A stretch of 64,000 nucleotides of DNA, taken from the NCBI GenBank assembly GCA_038496445.1, contig JALMLS010000421.1, positions 166,424 through 230,423 of the forward strand, given 5' to 3'. Both the position numbers and the translations under genes were made by a program. How positions within the stretch are numbered: position 1 is the stretch's first letter; every line of letters starts with the position of its first letter. Below are positions 1 through 13,212 of the stretch, piece by piece. Under the pieces are notes generated by a model. The model was given only the letters and a program-made list of their open reading frames with translations. It was not told the origin of the DNA and ran no database searches. Source of the DNA: Trichosphaerium sp. ATCC 40318 (Eukaryota; Protista; Tubulinea).

Positions 1-901
1 AAGTAAACAGTAAGCACTTTGAAACATCGCAGAAAAAAAAATAGGTTTCGAAAAAAGTATGTCTCGCCGTTTCTCGTACTTTTTTAATCTTCTCATTAAC
101 CTTAATAGCTTTAATAAACTCTTTTTTAGTATTACCAACAGATGCATCACAGCTTAATACAATAGGATAATACTTATACTCATTTCTTGAGACACATTTA
201 ATTTTATACTCCCTCATTGTAGCACACCACTTCTTTATCAAGTGCATCATCTTGTACCCTTCTCTTGATGTTTTAAAATGACCCTTTACACCATCAAAAT
301 CTTGTTGTATTAAGAAATTACTAGACGAGACAATCAAAGGAGGTGTCCATAGATCAAATACCTCAGTATCTCTAAAACCAAAATTAATACAATATCGACA
401 AACTTGACGTCAAGTTTTCATTGAATATAGGACAATTGTGTTTTAAACAAAGGCGGGAAATATGAATTTGTAATTATGTACGTTGTTGGAGGTGGATTAA
501 AAGAGAAACCGAAATCCTCAGTGAAGTCTATAATGCAATACTTCCAAATCAACGGTAAACGCATTCTGTCATCGGTGTGTATCATTTTAGGTGCTTTTTG
601 ATACTCTGGAAGCACTGAGAAGTCAAAATCAGCTTTTAGGCGTTTATAGAATACAAACTCTACTCCTTCGCTAAACGCTCTACTAACAGCGGATACGCTA
701 GCAGTCCCACACAATGGCAAATAGGAGCATATAAGCGTTAAAAGCTCTGGAGTGTCTAAAACGCGTATAACTGACGAATCCATTGTATTTTTGGTTTGTT
801 TTGGCGATTCCACTGTTTAGGGCGATTGAAGAAAACAAGTTTTTGGAAGGCAAAACGCTTTCTGGCCAAATACTTCTTCATTAGATTATTCACGTACTCA
901 T
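1..901 (-). CDS. F-box protein with NuiA-like C-terminal region (paralog of 53359..54780); 3' end runs off the window
   Basis: The N-terminus RVLDTPELLTLICSYLP...VSAVSRAF is F-box-like. The next exon (~80-370) reads WTPPLIVSSSNFLIQQ..GHFKTSREGYK..CVSRNEYKYYPIVLSCDASV, which aligns with the 53884-54190 exon. The start is uncertain: ATG at 901 via a GTACGT intron, or ATG at 783. Confidence 0.7.
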
Positions 902-954
902 TTCTGCAGATTTTCTTTACGTACACACACGCGCAAATGCCATTCTAGAAAAAA

Positions 955-3132
955 ATGAGTGTAAACGGTCATACAACGGTAAGAAAGTCGATCGTCTTGC
1001 AAACTAGTCTATAACAATATATAAGGCATCAGATCCGCAATTTGGCACCTTTCCAGAAGAATACTGGCAGAATTTCAAACCAAGCATTGAAATTCCTTTA
1101 AAATGTTTTTATTGGTATAATGATACGTTTTAAGCAAAACTGACGCCATCTATAAGCGTACAAATAGAAAATATATCCAAACCTGCCAAAACTGCGCCAA
1201 TTGATCCTCAGCAGGCAATAAAAGATGCGAAGCTTCTTAAGAAGAACATAGCAGGGCTAGGTACACGGACTTCGTTCGTAACGCACCTACTAACCCTATT
1301 ATATAGCCAAGCTATTTAAACTATGTCCGCCAGCATCAAGCACGACACCCAAATTAATTACACCGAAAGGTAAGTCTTAAAAAAGAGCTTTCGCCAAAAC
1401 ATAATCAAAACCGCTTTCAGCGCATTGAAATGAATTATTTATTCCAAAACTAGGTCTGCAAAATCCAAAAAATAAATGCTACATAAATGCTGTCCTACAA
1501 GCGCTTGTTTGGACTCCTCAATTATGTTTATGGCTTGACCATGTTCTAAAGTTTGTCAATAGAACTAAAACACACAGTCATGTGCCACCATGCACGAAGA
1601 AATTGTACGTTTCTATTTCTAAGATTTATATGACTTTGGTTTTCAAATCAATATGTCACTGGTAGTTCACTCTAAACCTAAAGCATTACTATGTGCTTAA
1701 GATATTCGCCGTGGAAAATGTTTTCAACGTTATAATGTATCGTTTGCTGACCGATACATGAACTAGAAGTGTTTTTTTTCTTCAATGATTTTACTTGATT
1801 TTTTTTTTTACATCTCGTGACTTACGTTATTTTTTACAGGTTACAGCTTTTTGGGGATCTTAAAAATACTGTAAACAGGCGTCCAGTTGTACCTAGTTAC
1901 TTTTACGACTTGTTAGATAAATTTCGTATGCAACAAACAGCACAACAAGACGCTCAAGAATTTTTAACTTTCTTGCTTGATTCAACTCATGATGAAGCGA
2001 TAACAGCATTTAAAGACAAATCATCTTCTCTTTTACAAGATAAAGAGCCTGAACAACAAGGCTGGCAAACAGTTACAGGAAAGAAAACAGCAACAGAAGA
2101 AATGACAGTAAGCCCTAAAGATTTTTTTGTGTTGGTCATTTTTTTTCAACATTATGCAACTACAATGTCGTAGAAAACGAAATGATTATTGCCATTTTTC
2201 GGTTACATTCTATCCTTAAATTGCTTAACTCGCTTTTACTGGTTACCAGCTATTATTGTGGAACTATTATTCTTTGAAACCTGAGAAAAAAACGTTTTGT
2301 TTTTTTTTGTTTTTGTAACTTTCTTCTAGAGCATTGACCAATGGCCAAAATCATATATTTCTAAGATATACCGCACATATGTACGTTCACAAATCCAAGA
2401 ACGTGGCAAGAGTACAAGTAGATCGAATATTGAACCTCATTATACAATACCAATTCAGATACACAACACAGCCGTTACATCCGTATGTTTGAAAAAAGCA
2501 CTGATTTTTTTTCTCAAAACATTCTTCTTTTAGGTTTCTACTGGCCTAACACAGTTTCTTTCTCGTCAAAAACTTCAAGATTATAAGAATGGTGCTACTA
2601 TAGTAACTCATATACACGGTCTTCCGCCTGTATTGATCCTTCACTTGCAACGTTTCGAGTTTGGTGGCAGTGTTTCAAAAGTTAAGAAAGAAATCGATTA
2701 TCCTCTCTCTTTGGTAATGCAAAAAGAATGGTTATCTAAAGAAATACAATCTAGTAAGCCTATTCAATATAAGCTACATGCAGGTACGCTTTATGTTTGA
2801 CAAAAGGTCCCCACATCAAAACAAGTGACATGAATTTCTTTTTCTTCTTTTTTTCTGAATGTTATCTTAGTTATCAGTCATGTTGGCCATACAGCAAGTA
2901 GTGGACACTATATTGCACAGGTATTGTATTTTGAATTCATTCTTTATTTACGTTGTATTTATAGGTTCACTGTGGCAAAGGTGGTTGGATTACATTCAAT
3001 GACACAAGGTACTTTTTTTTTTTTTTAGTCCATTATCTAAGCGGTTTTTCCAGCGTATTTGGTCCTGTTCCTGATCATCGACGTGACCCTGAAGATGCTT
3101 ATTTATTATTTTACAAGCGTGTAAAGTGTTAG
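955..3132 (+). CDS. Ubiquitin-specific protease (peptidase C19, USP10/Ubp3-like), multi-exon
   Basis: Cys box GLQNPKNKCYINAVLQAL (~1453), QQDAQEFLTFLLD (~1942), LPPVLILHLQRF (~2620), His box VISHVGHTASSGHYIA (~2870), WITFNDT, and AYLLFYKR before the TAG at 3130. Confidence 0.92.
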
Positions 3133-3673
3133 AGATCCAAAAAAAATGACGACCACAGCGTTGTGGTTATGTGTATTATGTACAGTATTTAGTGATTTAA
3201 AAAAAAACATTATTTGATGTTTCCTCGTGTTATGTAAAACTAATATGATCCTTTTACCTTCGATATCAGTTTTCTGTTTCAGTGAATAGCAGAAGCGTAT
3301 ATCTTTAGATTTAAACGATCTCTAGGCACAACATGCACAACATTTTGATCAACTTGTTTTTTTGTTAAATTTCCATTTGTATCCTCGAATGTCATGTTTT
3401 TTCATCTGTACTAATCCACGTACTACTTTCATTTTTTGATTCATAATATTGTGCAATGTATAAATAAAAGGTTTTGTTGCAGTTTCATAGCTTCGAGCTT
3501 GAAGTTCAATGAATGCAGCGCTCAAAATAGTGCAAAGTGTGGTACACAACCGATTGAAACTCAAAAATAGTCAAAGCTACCCAAACAACAAACTAGTAAC
3601 ACCATAGCAGTCTCAGACCTGGTGACATTTCCAAACTAGCGAGATATAATAACAATAAGTTCTAAACCCTAAG

Positions 3674-4444
3674 ATGAGCACCACAAAACAAACTACCTCG
3701 CGTGGTAAGAGTAAAAGGAACAGCGAAAAGACAAAACAAGCAAATAGACTAAAACTACTGACGTTACCGCCAGAAATCATCGTCTACATCGTTAGAAAGC
3801 TTAAAAAAGATCGATTCGCCATGGCTCAGAGTTGTCGTAGTCTAGCAGACATTATACACGAGTATGTAGGCTATCATACAGTCGTAGCTTCAAATGATAA
3901 CGATTTATGGCGTATAGCAGGTCATAAAGGGCTATTGAAGCATTCTATAATAAAGTGCTGTAAAGACGTTACAGATATCGGTTTATACTATATATCGGGA
4001 GCACAGGATGTAGATCTATCGCGTACATCCGATAAAGTAACGGAAAACGGTATTGCAAAGCTTGCAGGCGTACATAGAATCAATCTTACCAGAAAAGAAT
4101 CAGCAACTGATAAAGCACTTAAAGCTCTCGCAGGTGTTCATACCATTAACCTAACACGTTGCAATTCCTTCACTGATGTAGGTATGGAAGCAATAGCAGG
4201 TGTACATACAATATACTTAAGCTGTTCACGTGCTATTTCCGATGTCGGGCTAAGAGCTCTCGCTGGTGTACACACGATTAGCTTGTATTATTGTCCTAAG
4301 GTATCTGATTTTGGTGTTAAAGCTTTGGTTGGCGTACACACTATAAACCTTGCATATTGTAAAAGAGTTACTGATGAGGGTGTTAATGCTCTTAAAGGTG
4401 TTCATAGAATTAAACTTAATGGTTCTGGTGCAACATGTCAATAA
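3674..4444 (+). CDS. Intronless F-box + leucine-rich repeat protein
   Basis: F-box LLTLPPEIIVYIVRKL..FAMAQSCRSL, followed by ~7 repeats of LAGVHTINLxxCxxVTDxGxxA in one uninterrupted 256-aa ORF. Confidence 0.88.
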   Translation: MSTTKQTTSRGKSKRNSEKTKQANRLKLLTLPPEIIVYIVRKLKKDRFAMAQSCRSLADIIHEYVGYHTVVASNDNDLWRIAGHKGLLKHSIIKCCKDVTDIGLYYISGAQDVDLSRTSDKVTENGIAKLAGVHRINLTRKESATDKALKALAGVHTINLTRCNSFTDVGMEAIAGVHTIYLSCSRAISDVGLRALAGVHTISLYYCPKVSDFGVKALVGVHTINLAYCKRVTDEGVNALKGVHRIKLNGSGATCQ

Positions 4445-4776
4445 ATTAAATACATATAATAAAACTGAGATTGAATGAGTTTTGCTATCGCTACCTTTTT
4501 TGCTACCCTAAGACATGAAGTATATACAGCTTGTCGTTACAGAATATAACTAATGTAGTTTTGAACTAAAACACTAACACTGTTAGCGAGCACTGAGTGT
4601 AGTATCATTGTTGCAAACAGCGGTAATAAAAAGCAGTTGTTGGACATAAACATAATATATTTTATTTATTTATTACACCTTTTGTGCCACTTGTACACTT
4701 TACTTATTAGGAAAAATCGGTTCATAACACGTGTTGGAACCTGGAGGTAAAATGGATAATCTCTCAACACGACGTA

Positions 4777-5622
4777 CTATAGTTGTTGTTTGTGTTGTTT
4801 TTGACTTTGATTATGTGAAAGAAAAGCATTCCACATAACACAAACAGAGTTCACAACAAGTGGTTGATATATAGTAGGTACTAATGTAAAGTTTATAGCT
4901 TGTATTGGCATCCATAGCATACAATCAAATGTGAATACATCAATGTAATCTGTATGTAACTTCTCACCAAGTTGTTTTATATTTTTTCCTTCAAGGAAAT
5001 TATGAACTGTGTAGAATAGAAGCAATGAAGGAGGCTCAAAAACGAATTGATCCATAGCCACTTTTGTAGCTATTAACATTGCTATGTTTTTAATCGCTAT
5101 AGGTGGAAGTTAGTCGAGTAAACGCTAAAATGTTAGTTTTGGAAAGAAAAGCCAGCAATATTTTTCAAGTCGAACAGTAAGTAGCTGGTTACCATTTTAA
5201 AATACTCGCGCATGTTTTAGCGATAACAGCGACGAGTTACTAATTAAGTAAACGAGAATTCGCCGGAAAACTGTTTTGAGAAATTGGTATAAATGGTACT
5301 TTAGGTATTACCAGACGCGATTTTTACGCTTGTTGGTTATCAACGAATGGCTATAAAACGTACCGAATTTTTGAGTGAGTTTATGTAGGAACGGATACCA
5401 CCATGTACAAATAGGTCCAGCGATAAGTGCACCATACAAAGTAAACCTCGCAGTACGTTTCCAGCAAAACTCTCGTTTGTTTTCCAATTTTTGTGCTAAC
5501 GCATCCCCAAACAACCACAAGCACCCATTAGTAGCGCAATTAGTAAGATAAGGTCGTTTGGTTAACATCCACGTATAAGAGCGTAAACCATTACCAGCAA
5601 ATCGCAAAGCTATAGCGGCCAT
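4777..5622 (-). CDS. Mpv17/PMP22 family membrane protein
   Basis: Family motifs PYLTN..GDALAQ, RTARF..GP..WY, KVAMDQFVFEP and WMPIQAINFTLVP..VN.V..WNAFLS. Confidence 0.92.
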
Positions 5623-6222
5623 CGCGTCACGAACTGTTTTTATGTACTATCACAACTTTTCTCACTTGAGCAGTCGCAGGTTTTCCTCAAAATCGCTTAA
5701 ACGAGTTCGTTCACATGTAAGACAGTACTTTTTATACACTAGTTGCCTGTTACACTAGTATACATCTGTTACTTTGAATAACAGACAAAAATGGAAGGCA
5801 AGCAAAGATTCGAAGTTCCTAACCGAAATTGCTTTCAATTTGAGGAAAACGTATTGTTTGTAACCAAATGGCATTGCTATGAACTGCACTTTCATTGCAA
5901 ATGTGGTAAAATACAAACTCCGATTTCTGAAATCGTGCCAAAGTCCGAAATTACTTGTTTTAACACTAATCTTGTTTCTGCTAAAAAGTGGCAGATTACT
6001 TTCCTCTCGCTACTCCATAGAACTTATAAGTGATGCTGTCTTTTTTGGTTTTTTTTTCAAATTGGAATGCTTTGTCTTTTACCTGTAGCAATGAGTATTT
6101 ATAGCGTGGCGGAGGTGTTTCCGAGTAGTTTTAATCAAATTGTTAATTGCACTTAACTGCACTTCATCGTATTTTCTGTAAAACGCGCCTACGAAGTTGA
6201 TGCTTTCACGGCGTTTAGTAGA

Positions 6223-9200
6223 ATGATAATGAAATACAACGTTACAACGTGGTTTTGCCCTTGCTTGCTCTTGTTGGTATTTTCTTTACCAAACAATTGT
6301 TTCTCTCAACAATACACGTCAGACAACCTCATCACGAATGGAGTGGGTTGTGGGTCGTTTACACTTAAATTAGAGAAATACCCCACTGGTGTACGGGCTT
6401 TGTTGGAAGGCCCACAGAAGCGTCCTTTTGGTATTATAGCGTATGATAACGTACGAAATAGATAGAATAGTGGTTAATACGATACAAACTGGTATTTTAG
6501 GGTGTAGGGGAGCTTTTCATTGTATGGAACGCTACGGTACGTTGCTTTGGCTCGGGAAATCTGTTTTACCGCCGTATTTCATTTGTTGTGTAAACTCATC
6601 GGATATTCAGTGCTCACGCGAATACACACTTGACGAGAGCTCAAATGCTTATATTAAAGCGAAAAATAGCTACACTACCATTCTGGGAATTCATCGACAC
6701 CGCAAACGCAATACACGCGTTGCTGCATTAACATGGGACAATGTATGTAGTTTTTTTTTTTTGATTTTCTCAGCGCGTTTTTTTCCAAACTTCCTTATCC
6801 TGGTTTCTAGAGTGACATCACGTCAGTACAATACGTCTCATTGAAATCATCATATATTATTGATATCAATAATGATAATACAGTACCAGCAAACGCAATA
6901 GACGTTTGTAATTTCGAAAATCTTGAAGAAAAAAATCAAGAAAAAATGACAAAGAGAAAACTTCCATCGACTACGACCCCACGTTTTAATGTAAATCCGA
7001 CGCCATCGATGGTACTGGATGCTTACGTTCCAGCAACGAAGTTTTATCTGTACCCGGATGTGACTGTAGTCACACAATACATTGTACCAGTCAATACTGG
7101 ATATTTGGCTAGCATACAAATCAGAGTAAATGAAGGTAGCAACCCTGATCTTGAGCTTTACCTACACCCGTACGTATTTTTTTTTCTTGAGGGCTAGTAA
7201 TCTATCGAGACATTTCTTCGGAGAAGAGTACCGCAGGACGGATTCTTCTTCTTCTTCGAGAAATTCTCTAGATCATTTGTTTTACCAAACATGGAAATTT
7301 TTCCGCTTTTCTCCTTTTTTGAATGAAACTCCTTTGGAGTTTCTATTGCCCGTATTTTCTCACTACAGTCTTACTCATACCTTCATAGAGGTGAGTCTAC
7401 CATTGGTACTTCACTAGGACCATTTTCTGCTACAGGATTCCCGGATAAAATGCGTACATTCACTTTTGATGATCCAATGTTTGTTTACAGTGATTTAATG
7501 TATTCTTTCACTGTAAATGGCTTTGGTTTTGCACTTGGTGATGAATCCGACTATCCTCTTGGTATTACCAAAGTAGAAGATAGTAATGGTCGTTTATATG
7601 TGCTTTACGATCGTGATCTACCTTTCCGAACTTTTGTCCAACCAGCTGGAGGTATTATACACAGAAGTGACCCGCCAACAACCTTTTCGCCCTCTACAAG
7701 TGCCCCAACCTTGAAACCTACAACAGCGCCAAGCACAGAAGCTCCTACTATTAGGTTCAGTCCAGGTGATGGTAGTTTTAACAATCCACCGCCTCCTTTT
7801 GCTTTGAGGAGCCCTGTAACAGAACCTCCTGTGACAGAACCTCCTGTGACAGAACTTCCTGTGACAAAACCTCCTGTGACAGAACCTCCTGTGACAGAAC
7901 CTCCTATTGCAGACTATCCTCCTTACTCTAAGGTGAATCAACCTGTTGTACGTCGTTAGCTTCCCAGTCCCTTGTTTTTTTTTGCTAATGTGTGCAGGTG
8001 ACTCCTTTTTTGAGTTGTGTTGAACGTCAAGGAGAAGAATATATAGCTCACTTGGGTTGGAGAATTGAGGAAGGACAACATGTAAGTGGGGTATTTTGGT
8101 TTTTTTTTTTTTCGGGAAACACCGTTTTAATGTTATTACGGAATCCGCCGTTAATCGTTGTTTAGTATTGTGCAACACTTGATGCTGGTACTGTAGATAA
8201 TAAGTTCTCGCCTGGACCTAGTGTAAGTAATGAAGAATCTTTTGTTGAGTGTTATTTTTGGTTTCTTTTGCTCGTAACTCCTTTTTTTTTTTTGTTTTGC
8301 ATACTTATCGGTTTTATTAGGATAGAGGACAACCTTCAGATTTTTGTTTACCTACAAAGTTCTTTCCATCACTGGAAGGAATAACTCTCACTTTTTCTGG
8401 AGAGATAACACAATGGACTCTTGGCGATATAGACCTCACTTTCAGCGCTAATAGTCCTCAGTGCGAGAGTACGTTCAACTTTTTAAAGAGGTGAAGCTCA
8501 TTGTTTTCTACTTTAGATAATGTTACTATTATTATTGAAACAGTACAAACGCTTACTCCTATGCAACTTACATCTTTTCGTGATGCAATATCAACACTTA
8601 CAGGTAAGCTACGACCACCAATCAATCAACAAAAAAAACTTCATAATATTGTGTACTAACCCTTGTTCTAGCTATTGCTGCTGATGGTTTAAGAGTATGG
8701 CAAACAGATTTAGACAATGACGAAACAATGTATAAACGAGGTGTAGAAGGGTCACATGTCGTTATGGTGTCTTCTTCAGAGCCAGGTACATACCATCTTT
8801 AATACTGTTTAAAGTTATTAAGTATATTAGGTGCTGTAATGCAGTTTGGCGAGTTCGTCGATAGCAGCTCCAGCGCTAGTTCTTTGGTTGAAGAAGCAAG
8901 GAGTTTCAATATTACCGTAGTTGGTGATCCTTTTACGCCTGTCCCTACGTCTGCTGTTTTTGGTATGAAGCGTGACGCAGGAGATCCGAAACAGTTTGTT
9001 ATTTCCAATAAGATTTTCCTTTTTGGTGGTATTGCCGTTGGTACGTACATAACTTTTTTTTTTAATTTCTTATCACTGTATATTCACAAAGAGTATATAT
9101 TTTATATTCGGTGACGTGTTTTAACAAAAAATACTGAAACCCACGTGCCAAAAGAAGTGAAACTTTTTTTTTTCTTTTTTTTTCACTTTTTATTAATTGT

Positions 9201-9848
9201 TTATGTTAGGCGTTGTTATACTCACTGGTATTATTGTAACTGCTATAGTATGTACTATAAGGCATACTAAGAAGGAAATACCAGAAAGACGTATTAAGAC
9301 GCTAAGTGATAGCGGACAGGGTGGTAACACAACATCGCGATCTAATAAATCTCAACTATCTCAGCAAGTGAGGGCTCGAAAGCTTTCTGCTCGGAAGCTC
9401 TCTATGAGATCAATTGCAAAATCTGTTGGTCTATCAAAAACACCTCGGTCTAAGAAACATACACCTAGATCAGTGCCAAAAGAGTGGGACACCACATCAG
9501 ATACTAGATCTAACAGTTTGAGGTACTTATTTTTTTTCTTTGGAACTTTTTCTAAAACTTCTTCTGTAGTGAAGGCATGCCAGAAGAGGATCATGAATGT
9601 ATTATACAAACGCCCTTCCGACCACCAAGTACTCAGCCTGGAAGTCATGACATGTAAGTGACGAAGTATTCCCTAAAAACGTTTAACTAACTTTTCTGCA
9701 AAATAGCTACTCTGAAAAGCAACTTGTAGATTCTCAAGACTTGTCTTCTTGTTCTTCTTCGACTTCTGGTAGTTCTTTTTCTGACACATCTGGAGACTAT
9801 GTAGTAGCTGCTGATGCTAAAGGTTTGCAGACACCGAGCTTTTTGTAA
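6223..9848 (+). CDS. Large secreted-type single-pass membrane protein with a Pro/Thr-rich (PVTEP) stalk; function unknown
   Basis: Signal-peptide-like N-terminus (LLLLVFSLPNNCFS), a mucin-like PVTEP repeat, a hydrophobic helix LFGGIAV/GVVILTGIIVTAIVC (~9020-9255), a Ser/Lys-rich cytoplasmic tail and a TAA at 9846. The exon chain was inferred by hand and could be two genes. Confidence 0.6.
7813..7905 (+). repeat. 15-bp coding tandem repeat (cctgtgacagaacct) x6 encoding PVTEP
   Basis: Six near-perfect 15-bp units are directly visible. Confidence 0.95.
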
Positions 9849-9986
9849 CATATATTGGACATAACATGAAGGCTAAAAAACCCTTCAAAAAAAAAAACCC
9901 ACAAAGAGTTTTTTAAACCCCTCTTTATGGTCATGTACATAAAACAATTTTAACCATCCTACAAATAAACAAAGGGTTTATGTTTC

Positions 9987-11515
9987 TTACACTTTCTTTA
10001 ATTGTATTGTCAACATTATTCCACAACAGTTTTGTTTCTGTCAGAAAACACTTGATAGAAAAATCAAAAAAGAAAATCAACTCAGACTTTCTTTCAAACG
10101 TACTCCACAAGAAAACTGACTATACTTATACTCAATTAATTTCTTGTTAAAAGGAAAAGATATGAAGCTCTTAAAGGCGTTCATGACAAACTGTTGCGTA
10201 TCCATAATCGCATTTTTTTTGAAACAGCATTTTCGAATAATTGGTTTTGCTTGGCCAAGTTATTTATTGTTTAACATAAGACTCACATATAGACCAAAGG
10301 GCTTCATTTTGTTGTTTGTTTGTAAAGGCCCGCTTACCTTGTTTGCCTACACCAAGCCAAAATTTACCTAAAAGTGCTCTTATTAGTAAAACCATGACTC
10401 ATCTTCAGGACATTGAAGCATACCTGTAACTCCTTCAACATCTTTATGTGATGCTAAGTAAATCGCAATAGCTGCTCCATCTGCTGGAGTTCCACCTCCA
10501 CCAAATCCGAGATCAGAAAGAAGCTACAAAAGAAATCAGGCATGAAACGACAATGAGCTTCATGTACCTTTGTATTACAAACTCCAGGTGACATTGCATT
10601 TACAATTACGTTTGAATTAGCTTTTCTTAGTCTGTCATTAAGAACCCAGCTTAGCATTCGATTGGCTTGTTTACTCTGTTGATAAGCACCAACAGCAGTG
10701 TACTTAGTCTTTTCATAGTTAAGATCATCAATATTGAATTCACCAGTGAAGTCTACAGATTACATTATTACGACCGTACACAATTATATTCGTGTGAGCT
10801 ACGACACGCACGTGAAGATACATTAACAATACGTCCATTTTCACTCTTGTTTAAGTGTGGGAGAAGCATGTTTGTCAATACGAAATAGCCCATAACATTC
10901 GTTCCAAAAACCTTCTCTAATCCATCAGCACTACATCGGAGTGAGCTTTAAAGGTCTCAAAAGTATAGCTCACGTTGTCTCTCTAGTACTAGAGCCACTT
11001 ATACCAGCGTTATTTACCAAGACATCCAAGCGATCGTATGTTGAAGTAAATTGTTTTACAAATGTACGGATAGAAGACTGAGATGATGTATCAATCGCCA
11101 TAAGTTTCACGTTCTCAGCTGGTGCTTTTGTGGTGCGTACTTAAAACAAAAAGTAAGCCTCAGAAGATAAGAAATATGCCATGCAAATCGTAGAGGCATG
11201 ACAGTGAAAAGAATCTTCGAATCAAAAAAAAAAGTAGCGCTATCGCAAAAGGCTCAATCTCGCAGGGTTAGTTTAGACGCTGTTACACAGCTGAATAGCA
11301 TAGAAACTTACTTATGTCTTTGACAGCTGCTTTGCCGCGATTCATGTTTCTACATCCTAATACTACAGTACCTCCTTTTGAAGCAAGGCCTGAACGCGTT
11401 AGGAGGAACTTAACCCAATATTAACATTTTGACTATTTTTGTTACCTCTAGCTGTTTCTAAGCCAATGCCTTGGTTTGCTCCGGTTACAACACATACACG
11501 TCCTGCTATGCTCAT
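9987..11515 (-). CDS. Short-chain dehydrogenase/reductase (retinol dehydrogenase/WWOX-like)
   Basis: MSIAGRVCVVTGANQGIGLETA, LDVLVNNAGI, GTNVMGYF, catalytic YQQSK and VNAMSPG. The 3' end is approximate. Confidence 0.9.
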
Positions 11516-12040
11516 TACGTTTTACTAAAAATGATGATTGTACTACCTTATGACGTCACATGGTTAAGTTTAGGTGTATTTAAGTGAATTCAAGGTTTGT
11601 TCCGTGGAACAGATGTTGTTCCGTGAATCCGGAATAGCATTCCAAGGAACATCTAGATTAAGACCAACAGGCGTCGCCATTACTAAACACTACCAAAATT
11701 GTATTGGTACGTACATAGGCGTATACAACCGTTAAAAGCGTTGTGAAAAATTATCGTTTCGGCCTCAATCAGTTATTTTTCGGTATTCAATATTGACCAA
11801 TAGCATACAATACGATCACAAGAAACACAAAGGATGCACTACAATCGACTCCTCGTGTCAAAGAAGGACTACAAAAAGTTGGCAATCTGTGTTTTGCAAT
11901 AGTACAAAGCATACTCCTTGCATGCTATGTAGTTTCAGTCACAATACTAGAGGATATTTACTTGGAGGATGTAGCAAGACAAGTATTTATAAAGCTGGTG
12001 AACTGATTTATGTAATACCAACTAGTATTTCTGTCTAGAT

Positions 12041-12892
12041 TTAGCACAGGCATGTTACTCCCAGCCTAAGATCAATTAAAAGAACTCCAGCAAGTGCTTT
12101 TACACCTTCATCTGTCACTTGAGTACCACGAAGATCAATAGTATGAACTCCAGCCAATGCCTTTATGCCCTCATCAGTAACTTCACAGCAACCATAAAGA
12201 TTAATTGTATGAACTCCAGCTAATGCTTTGATACCTTCATCTGTCACGCTAGTATAGCTAAGGTCAATAGAATACACTCCGGCTAATGCTTTGATGCCTT
12301 TGTCTGTCACTTGAGTATCACGAAGATCAATTGTATGAACTCCAGCCAATGCCTTTATGCCCTCATCGGTAACTTTACAACAACCATAAAGAGTAATAGT
12401 ATGAACTCCAGCTAATGCTTTGATACCTTTATCTGTCACTAGAGTTGACCTAAGATCAATGGTATGAACTCCAGCTAATGCTTTAATACCTTTATCTGTC
12501 ACTCGAGTTGATCTAAGATCAATAGTATGAACGCCTGCCAACGCCTTGAAAAAGCTAGTACTCATATTGTCACAATAAATCTGAATAGAAAAAGCCCCGT
12601 GAAGATATTTTTTAAACTCCTTTCCTGTCATCTTGTAAAAAATATCAACTTTGCACGTTTTTAAATGAAAAGGACACTTTCGTTTATGATACTCAATGAG
12701 TTGCTTCTTGTTGCTTATTGAAATGACGAATTTTCTGGGTGTATAACCCAAACAATCGGTAATGATACACGAAAATACAGAACATACTGCCCTCTTGTAG
12801 GGTATGCACGCTCGAGGCATAAAACTAAGGATCAAAACCCATATTTCTCGCGGTATTTGATCAATTATCCCAGCAGTACCGTGTGTTTCCAT
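12041..12892 (-). CDS. Intronless F-box + leucine-rich repeat protein (same repeat type as 3674..4444)
   Basis: F-box IDQIPREIWVLILSFMP..RAVCSVF, then 7-8 repeats of LAGVHTIDLRxTxVTDxGIKA. Confidence 0.9.
   Translation of the reverse strand: METHGTAGIIDQIPREIWVLILSFMPRACIPYKRAVCSVFSCIITDCLGYTPRKFVISISNKKQLIEYHKRKCPFHLKTCKVDIFYKMTGKEFKKYLHGAFSIQIYCDNMSTSFFKALAGVHTIDLRSTRVTDKGIKALAGVHTIDLRSTLVTDKGIKALAGVHTITLYGCCKVTDEGIKALAGVHTIDLRDTQVTDKGIKALAGVYSIDLSYTSVTDEGIKALAGVHTINLYGCCEVTDEGIKALAGVHTIDLRGTQVTDEGVKALAGVLLIDLRLGVTCLC
12070..12545 (-). repeat. 63/66-bp coding tandem repeat (LRR units)
   Basis: Near-identical units of 21 or 22 codons (on the + strand, tatgaactccagc.aatgc.tt.at.cc). Confidence 0.9.
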
Positions 12893-13212
12893 TAGCTGTT
12901 CTATGAGTTAGCAGTAACAACAGTATAGGGCTAAATAAGTTCGCAGTTTAACATGGTCTTCATCAGTACACAGCGATAGTTAAAATAGCACGTGATTAAA
13001 TATAGGCAGTTTACTACCATCACTACTCACAGAGGCATCATTTGAACAGCAGCAAAACTTCTTGCCTAAAAGCTGTATTAACACTGGCTTCTTCGTATCT
13101 GTAAGTCAAATTACATTTTTTGCAAGTTGGAGTGTTTAGGAAAGTATATCCAATCGTTCAAGCACGAAATTGTTTGACCATCCTATCCGTTTTTTGTTCT
13201 TTGCCAGTAGCT

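Noticed and set aside
7618-8178. Minus-strand ORF with RRFCH repeats
   Set aside because: It is the antisense shadow of the PVTEP coding repeat.
12070-12545. Regularly spaced repeats resembling a CRISPR array
   Set aside because: They are in-frame LRR units with no unique spacers, in a eukaryotic context with no cas genes.
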